IMG/VR virus record: IMGVR_UViG_3300045988_092796
Span: 1-32,357 of that record
DNA from: a virus
DNA: 32,357 bases
Direction: 5' to 3' (one strand)
Shown here: piece after piece, positions 8,504 to 17,551 of the stretch
Layout: every line of letters starts with the position of its first letter
Numbering within the stretch: position 1 is the first letter of the stretch
Notes under the pieces: generated by a model
Told to the model about the DNA's origin: nothing
The model's input: the letters and a program-made list of their open reading frames with translations, nothing else
Databases searched by the model: none
Program-made: the position numbers and the translations under genes

Positions 8504-11500
8504 TAAATCCCCTCTCTAGCCATGATCTGTCCTTGACGTTGATAAGCATTAATAGCCAATTTCTCACCGTCCAGATACGTGTTAGAGTCTTTATTTGATA
8601 TCTTCTCAAGCCACATATCTAAACTTGACCTTAGAATGGCAATCTCAGATACCATCTTAGACTCTGTGGTTTCATATTTGCTATTTGGCATCTGAAGTGT
8701 AGATGTGATATTGCGATTAAAAGCAGTATCATTTCCAAAATCAAATCCATCTCCAGAAACGGCATCTGAAATCCAACCAGCAACTCCTCCGACCGTCTTC
8801 TGGACACCTTTAAAGCTTTCTTGCAGGGATTCATCAAATCCTCCCATGATTGCCTTACCAGCAGGGATCAGCAACTTACGGTCATAAGAAATCGGTCCTT
8901 TGTGCTTCCGGATCCAGCCAGCGATACCGCCAACAAAATCCTGAATACCACCCCAGACAGCTTTTAGACCGCCAAGGAATCCATTCATGATTGCCTTACC
9001 AGCGCCAGCTAAGTCAATATGAGCCAAGCCACTAAATAGATTTTTAACACCATCGCAAAGATTTTTAACGCCATTTTTCATACCGTCCCAGAACCTTTGC
9101 GCACCAGAAACCAATCCGTCAATTATATTTAAAGTCCCTGTTTTGATGCCATTCCACATGTTTGTTGCTGTGGATTTAATGCCGTCCCAAAGGCCAGCCA
9201 TAAACCCCTTAAACCCATTCCATGCGGCTTGAGCGCCAGCAATAAAACCATCAATAATGGCTTTTATGCCAGAACAGATCCCGTTCCACATGCTTATGGC
9301 TGTAGATTTAATGCCGTCCCAAAGTCCAGATAGAAATCCTTTAAATCCATCCCATACAGCCTGAGCACCAGCAATAAAACCATCAATAATGGCTTTTATA
9401 CCGGATGTGATTAGATTCCACGCAGTCTCAGCTACAGATTTAATTGCATCCCATACACCAGCTAAAAATGTCTTAAGTCCTTCGAAAGCTCCAGTAAAGA
9501 AACCAATGATTGTATTAATAATTCCTGAGAAGAAAGTACAGATACCATTCCAAACAGTTGAAATGGCGTTCTTAATACCATCCCAGATTAATCCCAAATC
9601 CTCACCTAACTTCTTAAAATCAAGTGTTACCAAATCAATGATGAACAGGACCGTTCCTAATACAATACTTTTAATCAACTCCCAAGCACCAGTAAAAATA
9701 GACTTAATCCCTTCGAATACCTGAGAAATACCATCTTTCATGCCATTCCAGATGCTCATGAAAGTATCGATGAAAGGTTGCACAATCGATAAAACTGAGC
9801 TGGTGATTGTGGTCCATGCTGTAGTTGCTAAACTAGTGATTGATTCCCACAATCCAGAGAAGAAATCGGAAATCCCTTGCCAGGCAGATTTAATCCCCTC
9901 AATCGTTCCGTTCCAGGCATTCGAAGCTCCATCAGAGATACCACTCCAGAGGCCAGAGAAGAATTCCTTGATTCCTTCCCATGCACCCTTGATGCCATCA
10001 ATGACACCATTCCAAACTGATACCACTCCATTCCAGAGATTGATAGCTCCATCAGAAATTCCTTTCCAAAGACCAGAAAAGAATTCAGCAATCCCTTTCC
10101 ATGCGGATTTTATCCAGGATACAAAACCACTCCAAATCTTACGACCTGTCTCGGTTTGAGTAAAGAACCAAGTTAAACCAGCTGTTAGTGCAGCAATAGC
10201 TGTGACAATTAATCCAATAGGATTTGCAGATAAGACTGTGTTGAAAATTCCAAACGCTCCACTTGCTCCCATTGTTGCAGCTGCATTAGCAGCCTCAGCA
10301 GCAGTTAAGGCATTAGTTCTGACGAATTGAGCCAACATCAACCCATTTGTTATTGCGAGTATCGCTTTTCTGGCAGTCTCAATTCCTTTTATAACTCCCA
10401 TCACTACTTTATAGCCAGTCCATGCAGTTGTGATTCCCACAACTGAAGCCTTCAAGGCATCTAATGCAGCAGGATTGCCTTTTAGCCAGCTCGTAAAATC
10501 TTTTAATTTTGCAGATGCACTCCTCAAAAATTTAGTAAGACCTTCAAATGCTGAAGCTATCAAGTTCACACTTTGTTCACTTCCACCAATTCCAAGCAGA
10601 TCACTGACAAAACTACCTACAATACCAGCGATATTTCCGATGGTGGCCCCGATATTCTCAAAGGTCACACGGATATTTTCCCCAATATTTACAATGCTAC
10701 GAGCTGTCTTTTCATCGATACCCAAGTAGCTTTTTAAGAAGTCAACATTGTCCATCTTGTTCATGGAACCGAATATCATATCGAACAATGTATTTGCAAT
10801 TGCGCTAATATCAGCAAAAGTGTTATACACCCATTCAAGTATTGGCTCAGCAACGCCCTCACCAAAAACAGCAGTAAGGCCATCCTGCAAGATTCCATAA
10901 ATAAGATGAGGAATCCCTTTCAAGACATTCCCGATCATAGGGATGAGATTTCCAACTAAAAATGTCTTCGCTGTTTCGTATAAACTATGAAGTGATGGTC
11001 CAATATCTTTCCCAAGGGCCAAATTACCCAAAACATTTTGAGCAGCAGCTTTCATCGCATTAAACGACCCTGTAAAGGTAGTTGATGCTTCGACAGCTGT
11101 CGCTCCAGTAATTTTTAAATCACCTTGGATGGCGTGAATTGCCTGATAGACGTCTGACAGATTATTAATATCATACTTGACACCCGTCAGCTTAGTAGCA
11201 TCAGCTAGCAAGCGCTCCATCTCGGTCTTGGTACCACCGTACCCGAGCTTAAGGTTATCCAACATCGTATAATTCTGCTTAGCAAATCCTTGATAAGCAT
11301 CTTGTATACGATCCATGGATGTACCCATCTTATTGCTATTATCTGCCATATCAATCATGGCCATGTTAGCCACATCTGCAGCCTTCCGAGTATCGCCACC
11401 CAAAGATTGCAACAAACTTGCACTAAAGCCAGTCACGTTTTCCATGTAGGCATTGGCTGAAAGACCTGTCGTCTTATATGCTTCGTTAGCATATTTTTTG

Positions 11501-11772
11501 ACAATTTTTGCAGACCCTTGGAAAAGTGTTTCGATACCACCAATTGATTGTTGGAGATTCGCACCCTCCACGATTGAAGCAGAAAAGAACTTCCCTATCC
11601 CAGCTACGGCAATAGCCTTCTTAGCAAGGCTGACCATCCTCTCTCCTAGAGATGCACCAGCACTTTGCCCAGCAGATTCTACTTCTGGCGAGATAGCAGC
11701 TTTAATCTTCCCGCTGATTCCACGAGCAGAAGGCATAATCTGCACATAAGCTTGGCCTAATTCTGTTGCCAT
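8503..11772 (-). CDS. Tail tape measure protein
   Basis: 1089 aa. Contains a TP901-type core segment (YQGFAKQNYTMLDNLKLGYGGT) and many W-x-G-I/F-x-G-L-W repeats. Follows the chaperone pair. Confidence 0.9.
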   Translation of the reverse strand: MATELGQAYVQIMPSARGISGKIKAAISPEVESAGQSAGASLGERMVSLAKKAIAVAGIGKFFSASIVEGANLQQSIGGIETLFQGSAKIVKKYANEAYKTTGLSANAYMENVTGFSASLLQSLGGDTRKAADVANMAMIDMADNSNKMGTSMDRIQDAYQGFAKQNYTMLDNLKLGYGGTKTEMERLLADATKLTGVKYDINNLSDVYQAIHAIQGDLKITGATAVEASTTFTGSFNAMKAAAQNVLGNLALGKDIGPSLHSLYETAKTFLVGNLIPMIGNVLKGIPHLIYGILQDGLTAVFGEGVAEPILEWVYNTFADISAIANTLFDMIFGSMNKMDNVDFLKSYLGIDEKTARSIVNIGENIRVTFENIGATIGNIAGIVGSFVSDLLGIGGSEQSVNLIASAFEGLTKFLRSASAKLKDFTSWLKGNPAALDALKASVVGITTAWTGYKVVMGVIKGIETARKAILAITNGLMLAQFVRTNALTAAEAANAAATMGASGAFGIFNTVLSANPIGLIVTAIAALTAGLTWFFTQTETGRKIWSGFVSWIKSAWKGIAEFFSGLWKGISDGAINLWNGVVSVWNGVIDGIKGAWEGIKEFFSGLWSGISDGASNAWNGTIEGIKSAWQGISDFFSGLWESITSLATTAWTTITSSVLSIVQPFIDTFMSIWNGMKDGISQVFEGIKSIFTGAWELIKSIVLGTVLFIIDLVTLDFKKLGEDLGLIWDGIKNAISTVWNGICTFFSGIINTIIGFFTGAFEGLKTFLAGVWDAIKSVAETAWNLITSGIKAIIDGFIAGAQAVWDGFKGFLSGLWDGIKSTAISMWNGICSGIKAIIDGFIAGAQAAWNGFKGFMAGLWDGIKSTATNMWNGIKTGTLNIIDGLVSGAQRFWDGMKNGVKNLCDGVKNLFSGLAHIDLAGAGKAIMNGFLGGLKAVWGGIQDFVGGIAGWIRKHKGPISYDRKLLIPAGKAIMGGFDESLQESFKGVQKTVGGVAGWISDAVSGDGFDFGNDTAFNRNITSTLQMPNSKYETTESKMVSEIAILRSSLDMWLEKISNKDSNTYLDGEKLAINAYQRQGQIMAREGI
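9181..9444. repeat. Near-identical 132-bp (44-aa) tandem duplication inside the TMP gene
   Basis: gccgtcccaaag at 9181 and 9313; agcaataaaaccatcaataatggcttttat at 9238 and 9370. Protein units are IKAIIDGFIAGAQAVWDGFKGF... and IKAIIDGFIAGAQAAWNGFKGF... Confidence 0.85.
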
Positions 11773-12146
11773 TAACTACCTCCTCCAATTTTTTTTAACA
11801 TTTCATTTCTATAGTTTTTAAATTCCTCTCCAGATGAGAATGTCATTTGTTCTCGTTCCTCTTCGGCCTTAGTCAATTGATCAACCATTGAAACAGGACG
11901 ATTAATCCCATTCTGGCCATCCTTGGTCTTAAACCAGACCAGCATAGATAATCTATCTAAAATACTTGCCTGGATGAGTAACTGCATTGAAACATTCTGC
12001 CCTGACATTGCGACTTTGATTCTCGAATCCTCACGTAACCCATATGAAAAAACAGCTACCTGATAGGCAGGTAGCTGTCTGTAGTCATAGATTTGATACG
12101 TTTCAGCTAAATCACAAATCAAAGCATCCTCATCTGTCTGAATCAT
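11772..12146 (-). CDS. Tail assembly chaperone, T part (probably also expressed as a G-T fusion by -1 frameshift)
   Basis: Sits immediately upstream of TMP. It is in the -1 frame relative to 12161-12430, and the reading frame is open across the junction. Confidence 0.65.
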   Translation of the reverse strand: MIQTDEDALICDLAETYQIYDYRQLPAYQVAVFSYGLREDSRIKVAMSGQNVSMQLLIQASILDRLSMLVWFKTKDGQNGINRPVSMVDQLTKAEEEREQMTFSSGEEFKNYRNEMLKKIGGGS

Positions 12147-12160
12147 TCTAGAGAGGGCTA

Positions 12161-12430
12161 CTATTTTTTTACTGACTGAGATTCAAAAATATCCGTGATT
12201 TCTTTCATCAATTTGTCAGTAGAAACCATTCCGTCTTCATCTCTGACATGGTTTTTCAAGTCTTCCGCTTGTTCTCCCAAAAGTAATTTCAAGAGTTTTG
12301 GTACTAACAGAGGATTGCTATCAATTTCAGCTAAAACCTCAAGGACTTCATAGTTTTCCATTCGCTTTTGGCTAATATCAAACTCAAAGCCTGTTGAAGT
12401 AGTCCCTTTAAATGATTTAATTTCAGACAT
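12161..12430 (-). CDS. Tail assembly chaperone, G part
   Basis: Small acidic ORF between the major tail protein and TMP, ending in an A7 slippery run. Confidence 0.65.
   Translation of the reverse strand: MSEIKSFKGTTSTGFEFDISQKRMENYEVLEVLAEIDSNPLLVPKLLKLLLGEQAEDLKNHVRDEDGMVSTDKLMKEITDIFESQSVKK
12164..12170 (-). promoter_or_regulatory. Candidate -1 programmed frameshift slippery site (A AAA AAA) at the end of the chaperone G ORF
   Basis: Minus strand reads gta aaa aaa tag. The -1 frame reads ata gta gcc ctc tct aga ATG att cag, which runs into ORF 11772-12146. Confidence 0.6.
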
Positions 12431-12433
12431 GTA

Positions 12434-13033
12434 TTATTCTCCTTTGATATATTCGTAGTGAGTGTCGCCTTCAGCGTTTGGAAATGCTGTAAGTGTTGTT
12501 TGATAGCCTACAGTTTCAGCATCCTTGTAAGAGATAGTGCCGATGGATGTAACCTTACCTTGAGGAATTACAATCCGCTTAAATGTACCATCTTTCAAGA
12601 TCATATCAACCACCACACAATGACTAGCAAGTTCTTTCGAGTTGGCCTTGATAGTGATACCTGTCTTAAGATCTCCAGATACATTATCAGCTCCGTAGAT
12701 TTCTTTTAACACATTGAGATTCAACGCTTCAATCAGAGTGTAGTTAAAAGTATCAGGTTTTTCTGTCAGTGAAGAGTGCACGATGTCACCGCCCCAAGCT
12801 TTCACGTTTTCGGATTCAGGAGAGTTTTCATTTTCTAGTCCATCTTCCGAAATGTAGCCAAGCGATACAAATTTCTTGTCCAGTGCTGAGGTCGCATCTG
12901 TAGGCAATGCTGTACCAGTTGGCGCAGAATAAATTGCTCCGCCTACCTTGGGCTTGGCAGTCGTCACCAATGATGATGAAGTTGTTGATGTTGTTTGTGT
13001 TGTCTGAGCTTCTGTTCCCATTCCATTCTCCAT
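12434..13033 (-). CDS. Major tail protein
   Basis: Position and size fit. T/S-rich N-terminus. Family resemblance to phi13-type major tail proteins, assigned from memory. Confidence 0.75.
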   Translation of the reverse strand: MENGMGTEAQTTQTTSTTSSSLVTTAKPKVGGAIYSAPTGTALPTDATSALDKKFVSLGYISEDGLENENSPESENVKAWGGDIVHSSLTEKPDTFNYTLIEALNLNVLKEIYGADNVSGDLKTGITIKANSKELASHCVVVDMILKDGTFKRIVIPQGKVTSIGTISYKDAETVGYQTTLTAFPNAEGDTHYEYIKGE

Positions 13034-13036
13034 TTC

Positions 13037-13372
13037 TTAAAAATAATTAATATCAAATACCGCTTGATAGCGATATTTTTTAGTTCCAGTATCTGTAAAA
13101 TTGTAGTCGCTATTTAGATGAATTCCGCTGATTTCATTCAGCTCGATCATGTCATAGATGACTTTCTTAACCTTCTCGTTTAATTCAGCAGCTTTTTGCA
13201 AGCTACTTGCATAACTTTGGAAAGCAAATGTAGCAGATTTTGCGTAATCCTTATTAGCTCCTCTGGTCTTTTCTACAATGACAAATTCTTTCGGCATTGT
13301 CACCTCATGCTCAAAAAATGACGGGACAGACAAATGACCGTCAAGATATTTTTTAACCACAATCTCTATCAT
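13037..13372 (-). CDS. Tail completion/terminator-like neck protein
   Basis: Assigned from gene order upstream of the major tail protein. Confidence 0.5.
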   Translation of the reverse strand: MIEIVVKKYLDGHLSVPSFFEHEVTMPKEFVIVEKTRGANKDYAKSATFAFQSYASSLQKAAELNEKVKKVIYDMIELNEISGIHLNSDYNFTDTGTKKYRYQAVFDINYF

Positions 13373-13609
13373 TTATCTCACCGCCTTCAAAAGAGTATTA
13401 TTTTTCAAGTTGTCCTTCTTAGCTTTATAGGTCTTGGCACTAATCATAGCATTAGCACGATTTTTACCAACATGGATATCTTTAACATACCCATCACCAC
13501 ACCTAGCTTGTATGTCTGATGCATATTGAGAAAGGACCTTCTGCATAGGACCTGATTTCATCAATTCCGACACTCCAGCACGATTCAACTTAAAATCCGA
13601 ATTACCCAT
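13373..13609 (-). CDS. HK97 gp10-like neck protein
   Basis: Assigned from gene order and weak sequence resemblance. Confidence 0.45.
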   Translation of the reverse strand: MGNSDFKLNRAGVSELMKSGPMQKVLSQYASDIQARCGDGYVKDIHVGKNRANAMISAKTYKAKKDNLKNNTLLKAVR

Positions 13610-13949
13610 AGCGCTCTACCATCACTTTCTTATTCCAACTCAGAGGAATCATTTCCTCGATGCCTTCTAGTGGAATCCCAAATGTTTTCCAACGCTTACC
13701 AAAAAACAAAACCTCTTTATTCTCCCAATCATGAATATCACCCTTTGGAATCGCAAGAGTGTATTCCGCTTTTCTTCCGGTCAAGTTCATTTGAGTTGTG
13801 ACGTCATCAGTTGAGGTAGGAGAAATGAGGACATTATCTACTTGAGTTTTAACTTCCTCAAAAATGGGATGACCGAAGTCATCCCTCCCTTTCTCAACAG
13901 TTTCTATAAGAGTGATTGTAATTCCTTTAATTCGTCCCATAGATATCAA
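13602..13949 (-). CDS. Head closure/head-tail adaptor protein (SPP1 gp16-like)
   Basis: Assigned from gene order and size. Confidence 0.5.
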   Translation of the reverse strand: MISMGRIKGITITLIETVEKGRDDFGHPIFEEVKTQVDNVLISPTSTDDVTTQMNLTGRKAEYTLAIPKGDIHDWENKEVLFFGKRWKTFGIPLEGIEEMIPLSWNKKVMVERYG

Positions 13950-14322
13950 TCACCCCATATCTTTGCTTTTTAAGCCCCAGACGTTTCAACTCAGAGTCCT
14001 TGATAAAGAGACCGCCTCCAGGAACCAAATATGAACCACTAAAGGAATATCCCATGGCTGACTCAGCCATTTGAGTCATCGGCTCCTGATCTGTCGAGGT
14101 CATCAAAGTACGAGCCACCACATCTATAGTTACAGATTTAACGACGCTTGAATAAGATGTGCTTTCAGCTACCATCTTATCCAAATCCTTGCTGACTTTC
14201 TTAGCTTCCTCACGAAGAGAGTCTGACACTATTGTCAACAGCGCCTCTGCTCTCTTTCGTTCATCAAATTTCAAGGAACGCCACAAAGTTTCAAGGTCTT
14301 CCACTGTTGCAAATGTTGTCAT
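13927..14322 (-). CDS. Head-tail connector protein (gp15/gp6-like)
   Basis: Assigned from gene order. The N-terminal ATVEDLETLWRSL motif is typical of the family. Confidence 0.55.
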   Translation of the reverse strand: MTTFATVEDLETLWRSLKFDERKRAEALLTIVSDSLREEAKKVSKDLDKMVAESTSYSSVVKSVTIDVVARTLMTSTDQEPMTQMAESAMGYSFSGSYLVPGGGLFIKDSELKRLGLKKQRYGVIDIYGTN

Positions 14323-14327
14323 TTTAA

Positions 14328-14567
14328 CTACCCTTCATGTTGTTCTAAAAGAGCAAGCAAGTCAGCCTTCTTAGCTCCTTTGTCGTACTCGACACCCAGC
14401 TCATCCAAGCGGGCTTTAATTTGAGAGACAGTCAGATCTCCCTGACTGTCTGCGGCTTCTTGCGAATCCACATTTTTAGTAACTTGATCAGCTGGAACCC
14501 AGTCGCCACCGCTAATTGCATTTTCGGTAACAATAAAAGCCCCAGTTTTTACATTAATGTATTCCAT
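14328..14567 (-). CDS. Small protein with a C-terminal HeH/Rho-N-like motif (head-associated)
   Basis: TVSQIKARLDELGVEYDKGAKKADLLALL is an HeH/SAP-like motif. Located just after the capsid gene. Confidence 0.5.
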   Translation of the reverse strand: MEYINVKTGAFIVTENAISGGDWVPADQVTKNVDSQEAADSQGDLTVSQIKARLDELGVEYDKGAKKADLLALLEQHEG

Positions 14568-14570
14568 ATA

Positions 14571-15467
14571 CTACCCCGCTTTCACAATACGAGCGAAACT
14601 AGCAGCGTCCATGATGCCCCATCCAATGTATGCTTCGCAACGGATATAAATCTGGTTATGCCCTTTAAGGTCACGACCGCTGTTATCAGGATCACCATAC
14701 TTGATGATTTCCATCGGAACTTCTTTCGCATAGCCCCATTTAAACATTGTTTCAAAATCCCCAACAATCGCTGTGTTTTTAGGATCTGTTTGTGAGTATG
14801 ATACAGTGCGGTTTTTATCTACTGCCAATCCATTGATTGCATCAGGTACACCACCCCATGCCAATTCAGGATACAATTTCCCACCTTCAGCATTTTTCAT
14901 TTTCGAAAGTGCTGTAGTAAAGATAGGGTCCAAAATTGCTCCAGTTATATCACGTTCTGAACCATCAATCATACCAACTGCATCTTCCATGTTTTCATCT
15001 GGGTTAGTTTCTTTGAAAGGAACTGTCTGAGTAACTTTTTTATCAAAGCAATTATCACCAATAATTGTGGAGGCTTGTTTGGTTCGTGGATTAATACCAT
15101 GAATACTCATGATATCAAGACCACGAGCTAATTTTTTAGAAAAACCTTCAACAAAATCAGTGAGCATGTCAACTTTTGCTTCTTCAGAAGCATACAAAAA
15201 CTCATCAGATACTCGAGCGCCGTATTCAACTTTGAGTGGCACAATAGTTACAGGCTCGAGGCTCACACCACCGTGAGTCTTTTTGCCGTTTTCTGCTACA
15301 ATATCGATATCAGAATCGAAATCGAAAACGAACTCTCGTTGTCCATTAAACGGAATAGGCTTTTGGGGTGATAGCTTAGCGATTGACGAATGACCCTTCA
15401 CCTTGTTGATTACTTTTGTTACAAGTTCTGGATTAAATAGATTTCCTTTTGAAAGTTGTTCTGACAT
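14571..15467 (-). CDS. Major capsid protein (HK97 fold)
   Basis: About 298 aa, following the scaffold gene. SD aaaggagaaaaaaatATG supports the start at 15467. Confidence 0.8.
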   Translation of the reverse strand: MSEQLSKGNLFNPELVTKVINKVKGHSSIAKLSPQKPIPFNGQREFVFDFDSDIDIVAENGKKTHGGVSLEPVTIVPLKVEYGARVSDEFLYASEEAKVDMLTDFVEGFSKKLARGLDIMSIHGINPRTKQASTIIGDNCFDKKVTQTVPFKETNPDENMEDAVGMIDGSERDITGAILDPIFTTALSKMKNAEGGKLYPELAWGGVPDAINGLAVDKNRTVSYSQTDPKNTAIVGDFETMFKWGYAKEVPMEIIKYGDPDNSGRDLKGHNQIYIRCEAYIGWGIMDAASFARIVKAG

Positions 15468-15480
15468 ATTTTTTTCTCCT

Positions 15481-15948
15481 TTAATCTTCAATATTTAAAC
15501 TTTGAACCAAGTTTCTAACCATGGCTCTGTCATCGTCCTCTTTAGGGACGATTGGTTCTGTTGATTTTATAGGTGCTACTTTGCTTACTGGTTTCATAAA
15601 TTTAGCCAAGCGTTCCGCATCAGCTTTAAAGCTTTCTTCATCAGTTCCCTGCAAACGATCTGCAAGGTCATAAGGTAAGCCATACTGTAGAGCCACACGA
15701 GTTCGCAAACTAGCTGTCTCATAACCAGCGATTTGCTTCTGCATGTCTTCAAGTTGCTTATCAGCATCTGCTTTACTTTGATTAGTAGCTTCGATCGTTG
15801 ACTTCAAGCCAACATTTTCTTCTTCCAATTCGGTAACACGAGATTTGATCTGGTCATAGTCGCTATACTTTGATTTCTCACGAGATAAACGCTCCTTAAT
15901 AGCAGCATCAAATTCTTCTTGTGTAGTGATTGGTTTAAATTCTGACAT
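15481..15948 (-). CDS. Capsid scaffolding protein
   Basis: Coiled-coil acidic protein directly upstream of the capsid gene. The second ATG has better SD spacing. Confidence 0.7.
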   Translation of the reverse strand: MSEFKPITTQEEFDAAIKERLSREKSKYSDYDQIKSRVTELEEENVGLKSTIEATNQSKADADKQLEDMQKQIAGYETASLRTRVALQYGLPYDLADRLQGTDEESFKADAERLAKFMKPVSKVAPIKSTEPIVPKEDDDRAMVRNLVQSLNIED

Positions 15949-16001
15949 TCTCATGTCTCCTTTCTCCTGCTTCCCCGGCAGTTCGGTAATTTTTGGGCAT
16001 C

Positions 16002-16026
16002 AAAAAAAGCAGTCACAAGACTGCTT
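16002..16026 (-). terminator. Rho-independent terminator immediately after terL
   Basis: Minus strand reads aagcagtc-ttgt-gactgctt followed by ttttttg. Confidence 0.7.
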
Positions 16027-16029
16027 ATT

Positions 16030-17442
16030 TTAATAACTGATTTTTTGCTTTTTCTTAGGCTTAGCCGTAGCACAAGCCCAATGCGCAAGCAAAGCGCTAT
16101 CCATCAATGAAATATCCATGTCGTCAAAGTGCGATCGATAGCCAAAACCACCATTTGAGCCAATATTCCGCTTGTCGCAGTTAGTGGCTACTTTAGACAA
16201 TGATGGTTGACCAGCATGGCAGATGGTCTTCTGGTAAATTCCCTGTTCCCAAAGAGCGTTGGCCACGATGATTTCTTTCACCGTCGGCAGAATCACATTC
16301 TTGATTCTATAGTCCTTCAACTCTTCGTCCAGGATCTTTTGACCACTTGCGCCATCAATGACAATCTGAGCCACATCAGCTTGACGCAAAAATGCAACCA
16401 TCCACTCATTCCCATTACGAACAGATTGACAATCTACTGTCTCAACAAAGAAACGACCATCTTTAGTCCGTGCAGCAATACTCAATGCCACGTTCGTTCC
16501 ATCTTGGCCATACTTAATACCAACAGATAGCTTGCCAGATAATTTTGGAACATCATCCACCTTAAGCTCATTCCACTCCGTCTCAGAAATGGCAGATTTC
16601 TGGTTGTAAGTTGGCCAAAATCCCAAACGTTGGATATTATGGTCCAGCTTATCCTCACCAAGCTCTGCCTCAATCTTACGCTCATTTAAGTGGTAACCCA
16701 TGGATGGATTGGAATTATACCAGGCTTCCACATCGTCGATTTCCTTTTCATCAGAAACAGACCACTCAGCCCAACCAGAATACTTCCCTTTTCCAAAAAG
16801 ACAAGTCTCACGATACTTAGTAAAGACTGTACCGCTTGAAACAGGGGTCGGAGGTGTCCCACACATGATTGTGATAGGATTTTCACTGTCCGTAACCGTG
16901 TATTTCAAAGCAGATTCTTGCTCGGTCGTGTACTCCTGAGCCTCATCAATGATCAGCATGTCAAACCCTTCACCAAGACCGCCATTTGAAGTCCTGGTAC
17001 GAAATTGGACAACACCACCTGTTGAGTAAAGTTCAATTCTCTCCTGCCCTTTCGCACGAATGGAATTGAAATCCTCACCATCCACATATCCCATTTTTTC
17101 AAGGTATCGTTTCACCTTCTCAAATGAAGCATGTGATGTAGAAATTCGGTGAGCTGTATGTAGGATATTCAATCCCTTATGCAGCGCCCAAATTTCAGCT
17201 ATGTAGAGGATTTCGGACTTACCATTACGACGAGGAATAGAGTATCCGAACTTTTGGTGTACCCAAAGCCCATTTTTATCTACCGCCATCAAAGGCAATA
17301 GCAGGTTTTTCTGCCAAGCATAGCAAGAAAGCCCTGTCCGCTCGTAAAGTTCAATCGCTTCTTTAGCTCTTGAATTTTTCTTGACGTATTTTAAAATTAC
17401 CGATTGAGTAGGATTCTGATTGCCAAGTTTCTTCCTTGCCAT
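16030..17442 (-). CDS. terL: Terminase large subunit
   Basis: Walker A PRRNGKSE and Walker B MLIIDEAQE. The 470-aa size is typical. Confidence 0.85.
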   Translation of the reverse strand: MARKKLGNQNPTQSVILKYVKKNSRAKEAIELYERTGLSCYAWQKNLLLPLMAVDKNGLWVHQKFGYSIPRRNGKSEILYIAEIWALHKGLNILHTAHRISTSHASFEKVKRYLEKMGYVDGEDFNSIRAKGQERIELYSTGGVVQFRTRTSNGGLGEGFDMLIIDEAQEYTTEQESALKYTVTDSENPITIMCGTPPTPVSSGTVFTKYRETCLFGKGKYSGWAEWSVSDEKEIDDVEAWYNSNPSMGYHLNERKIEAELGEDKLDHNIQRLGFWPTYNQKSAISETEWNELKVDDVPKLSGKLSVGIKYGQDGTNVALSIAARTKDGRFFVETVDCQSVRNGNEWMVAFLRQADVAQIVIDGASGQKILDEELKDYRIKNVILPTVKEIIVANALWEQGIYQKTICHAGQPSLSKVATNCDKRNIGSNGGFGYRSHFDDMDISLMDSALLAHWACATAKPKKKQKISY

Positions 17443-17495
17443 TCTAATTTCCTTTCAATCGTCATTGCATGATAACCCTCTCGCTGGGAGATATC

Positions 17496-17507
17496 GGATC
17501 ACCTCCT
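17496..17507 (-). other. 12-nt perfect anti-SD complement (AGGAGGTGATCC on the minus strand) with no canonical start codon at SD distance
   Basis: Plus strand reads ggatcacctcct, identical to the 16S rRNA 3' tail sequence. Lies in the terL 5' leader, 54 nt upstream of the terL ATG. Confidence 0.4.
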
Positions 17508-17517
17508 AATCTAAACC

Positions 17518-17544
17518 ACAATAAAAGCACTCTTTCGAGTGCTT
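17518..17544 (-). terminator. Rho-independent terminator after the small ORF that follows the MuF gene
   Basis: Minus strand reads aagcactc-gaaa-gagtgctt followed by ttattg. Confidence 0.6.
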
Positions 17545-17551
17545 AAAATTA

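Noticed and set aside
9389-10159. Plus-strand ORFs (9389-9724 and 9740-10159) and a minus-strand out-of-frame ORF (9828-10091) inside the TMP gene
   Set aside because: They are antisense or out of frame to a clearly coding, highly repetitive gene. Open frames are expected from the repeat and codon structure, and none has an SD.
14421-15030. Plus-strand ORFs antisense to the capsid gene (14421-14795 and 14773-15030)
   Set aside because: They are antisense to a confidently coding structural gene and lack an SD or promoter.
16207-16939. Several 66-107-aa ORFs on both strands inside terL
   Set aside because: They are nested in, or antisense to, terL and have no translation signals.
17496-17507. 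The ggatcacctcct match to the 16S rRNA 3' end, considered as a possible rRNA fragment
   Set aside because: Only 12 nt match and no flanking rRNA sequence is present. It is the complement of a strong SD on the coding strand, so it is treated as a possible regulatory element and not as an rRNA gene.
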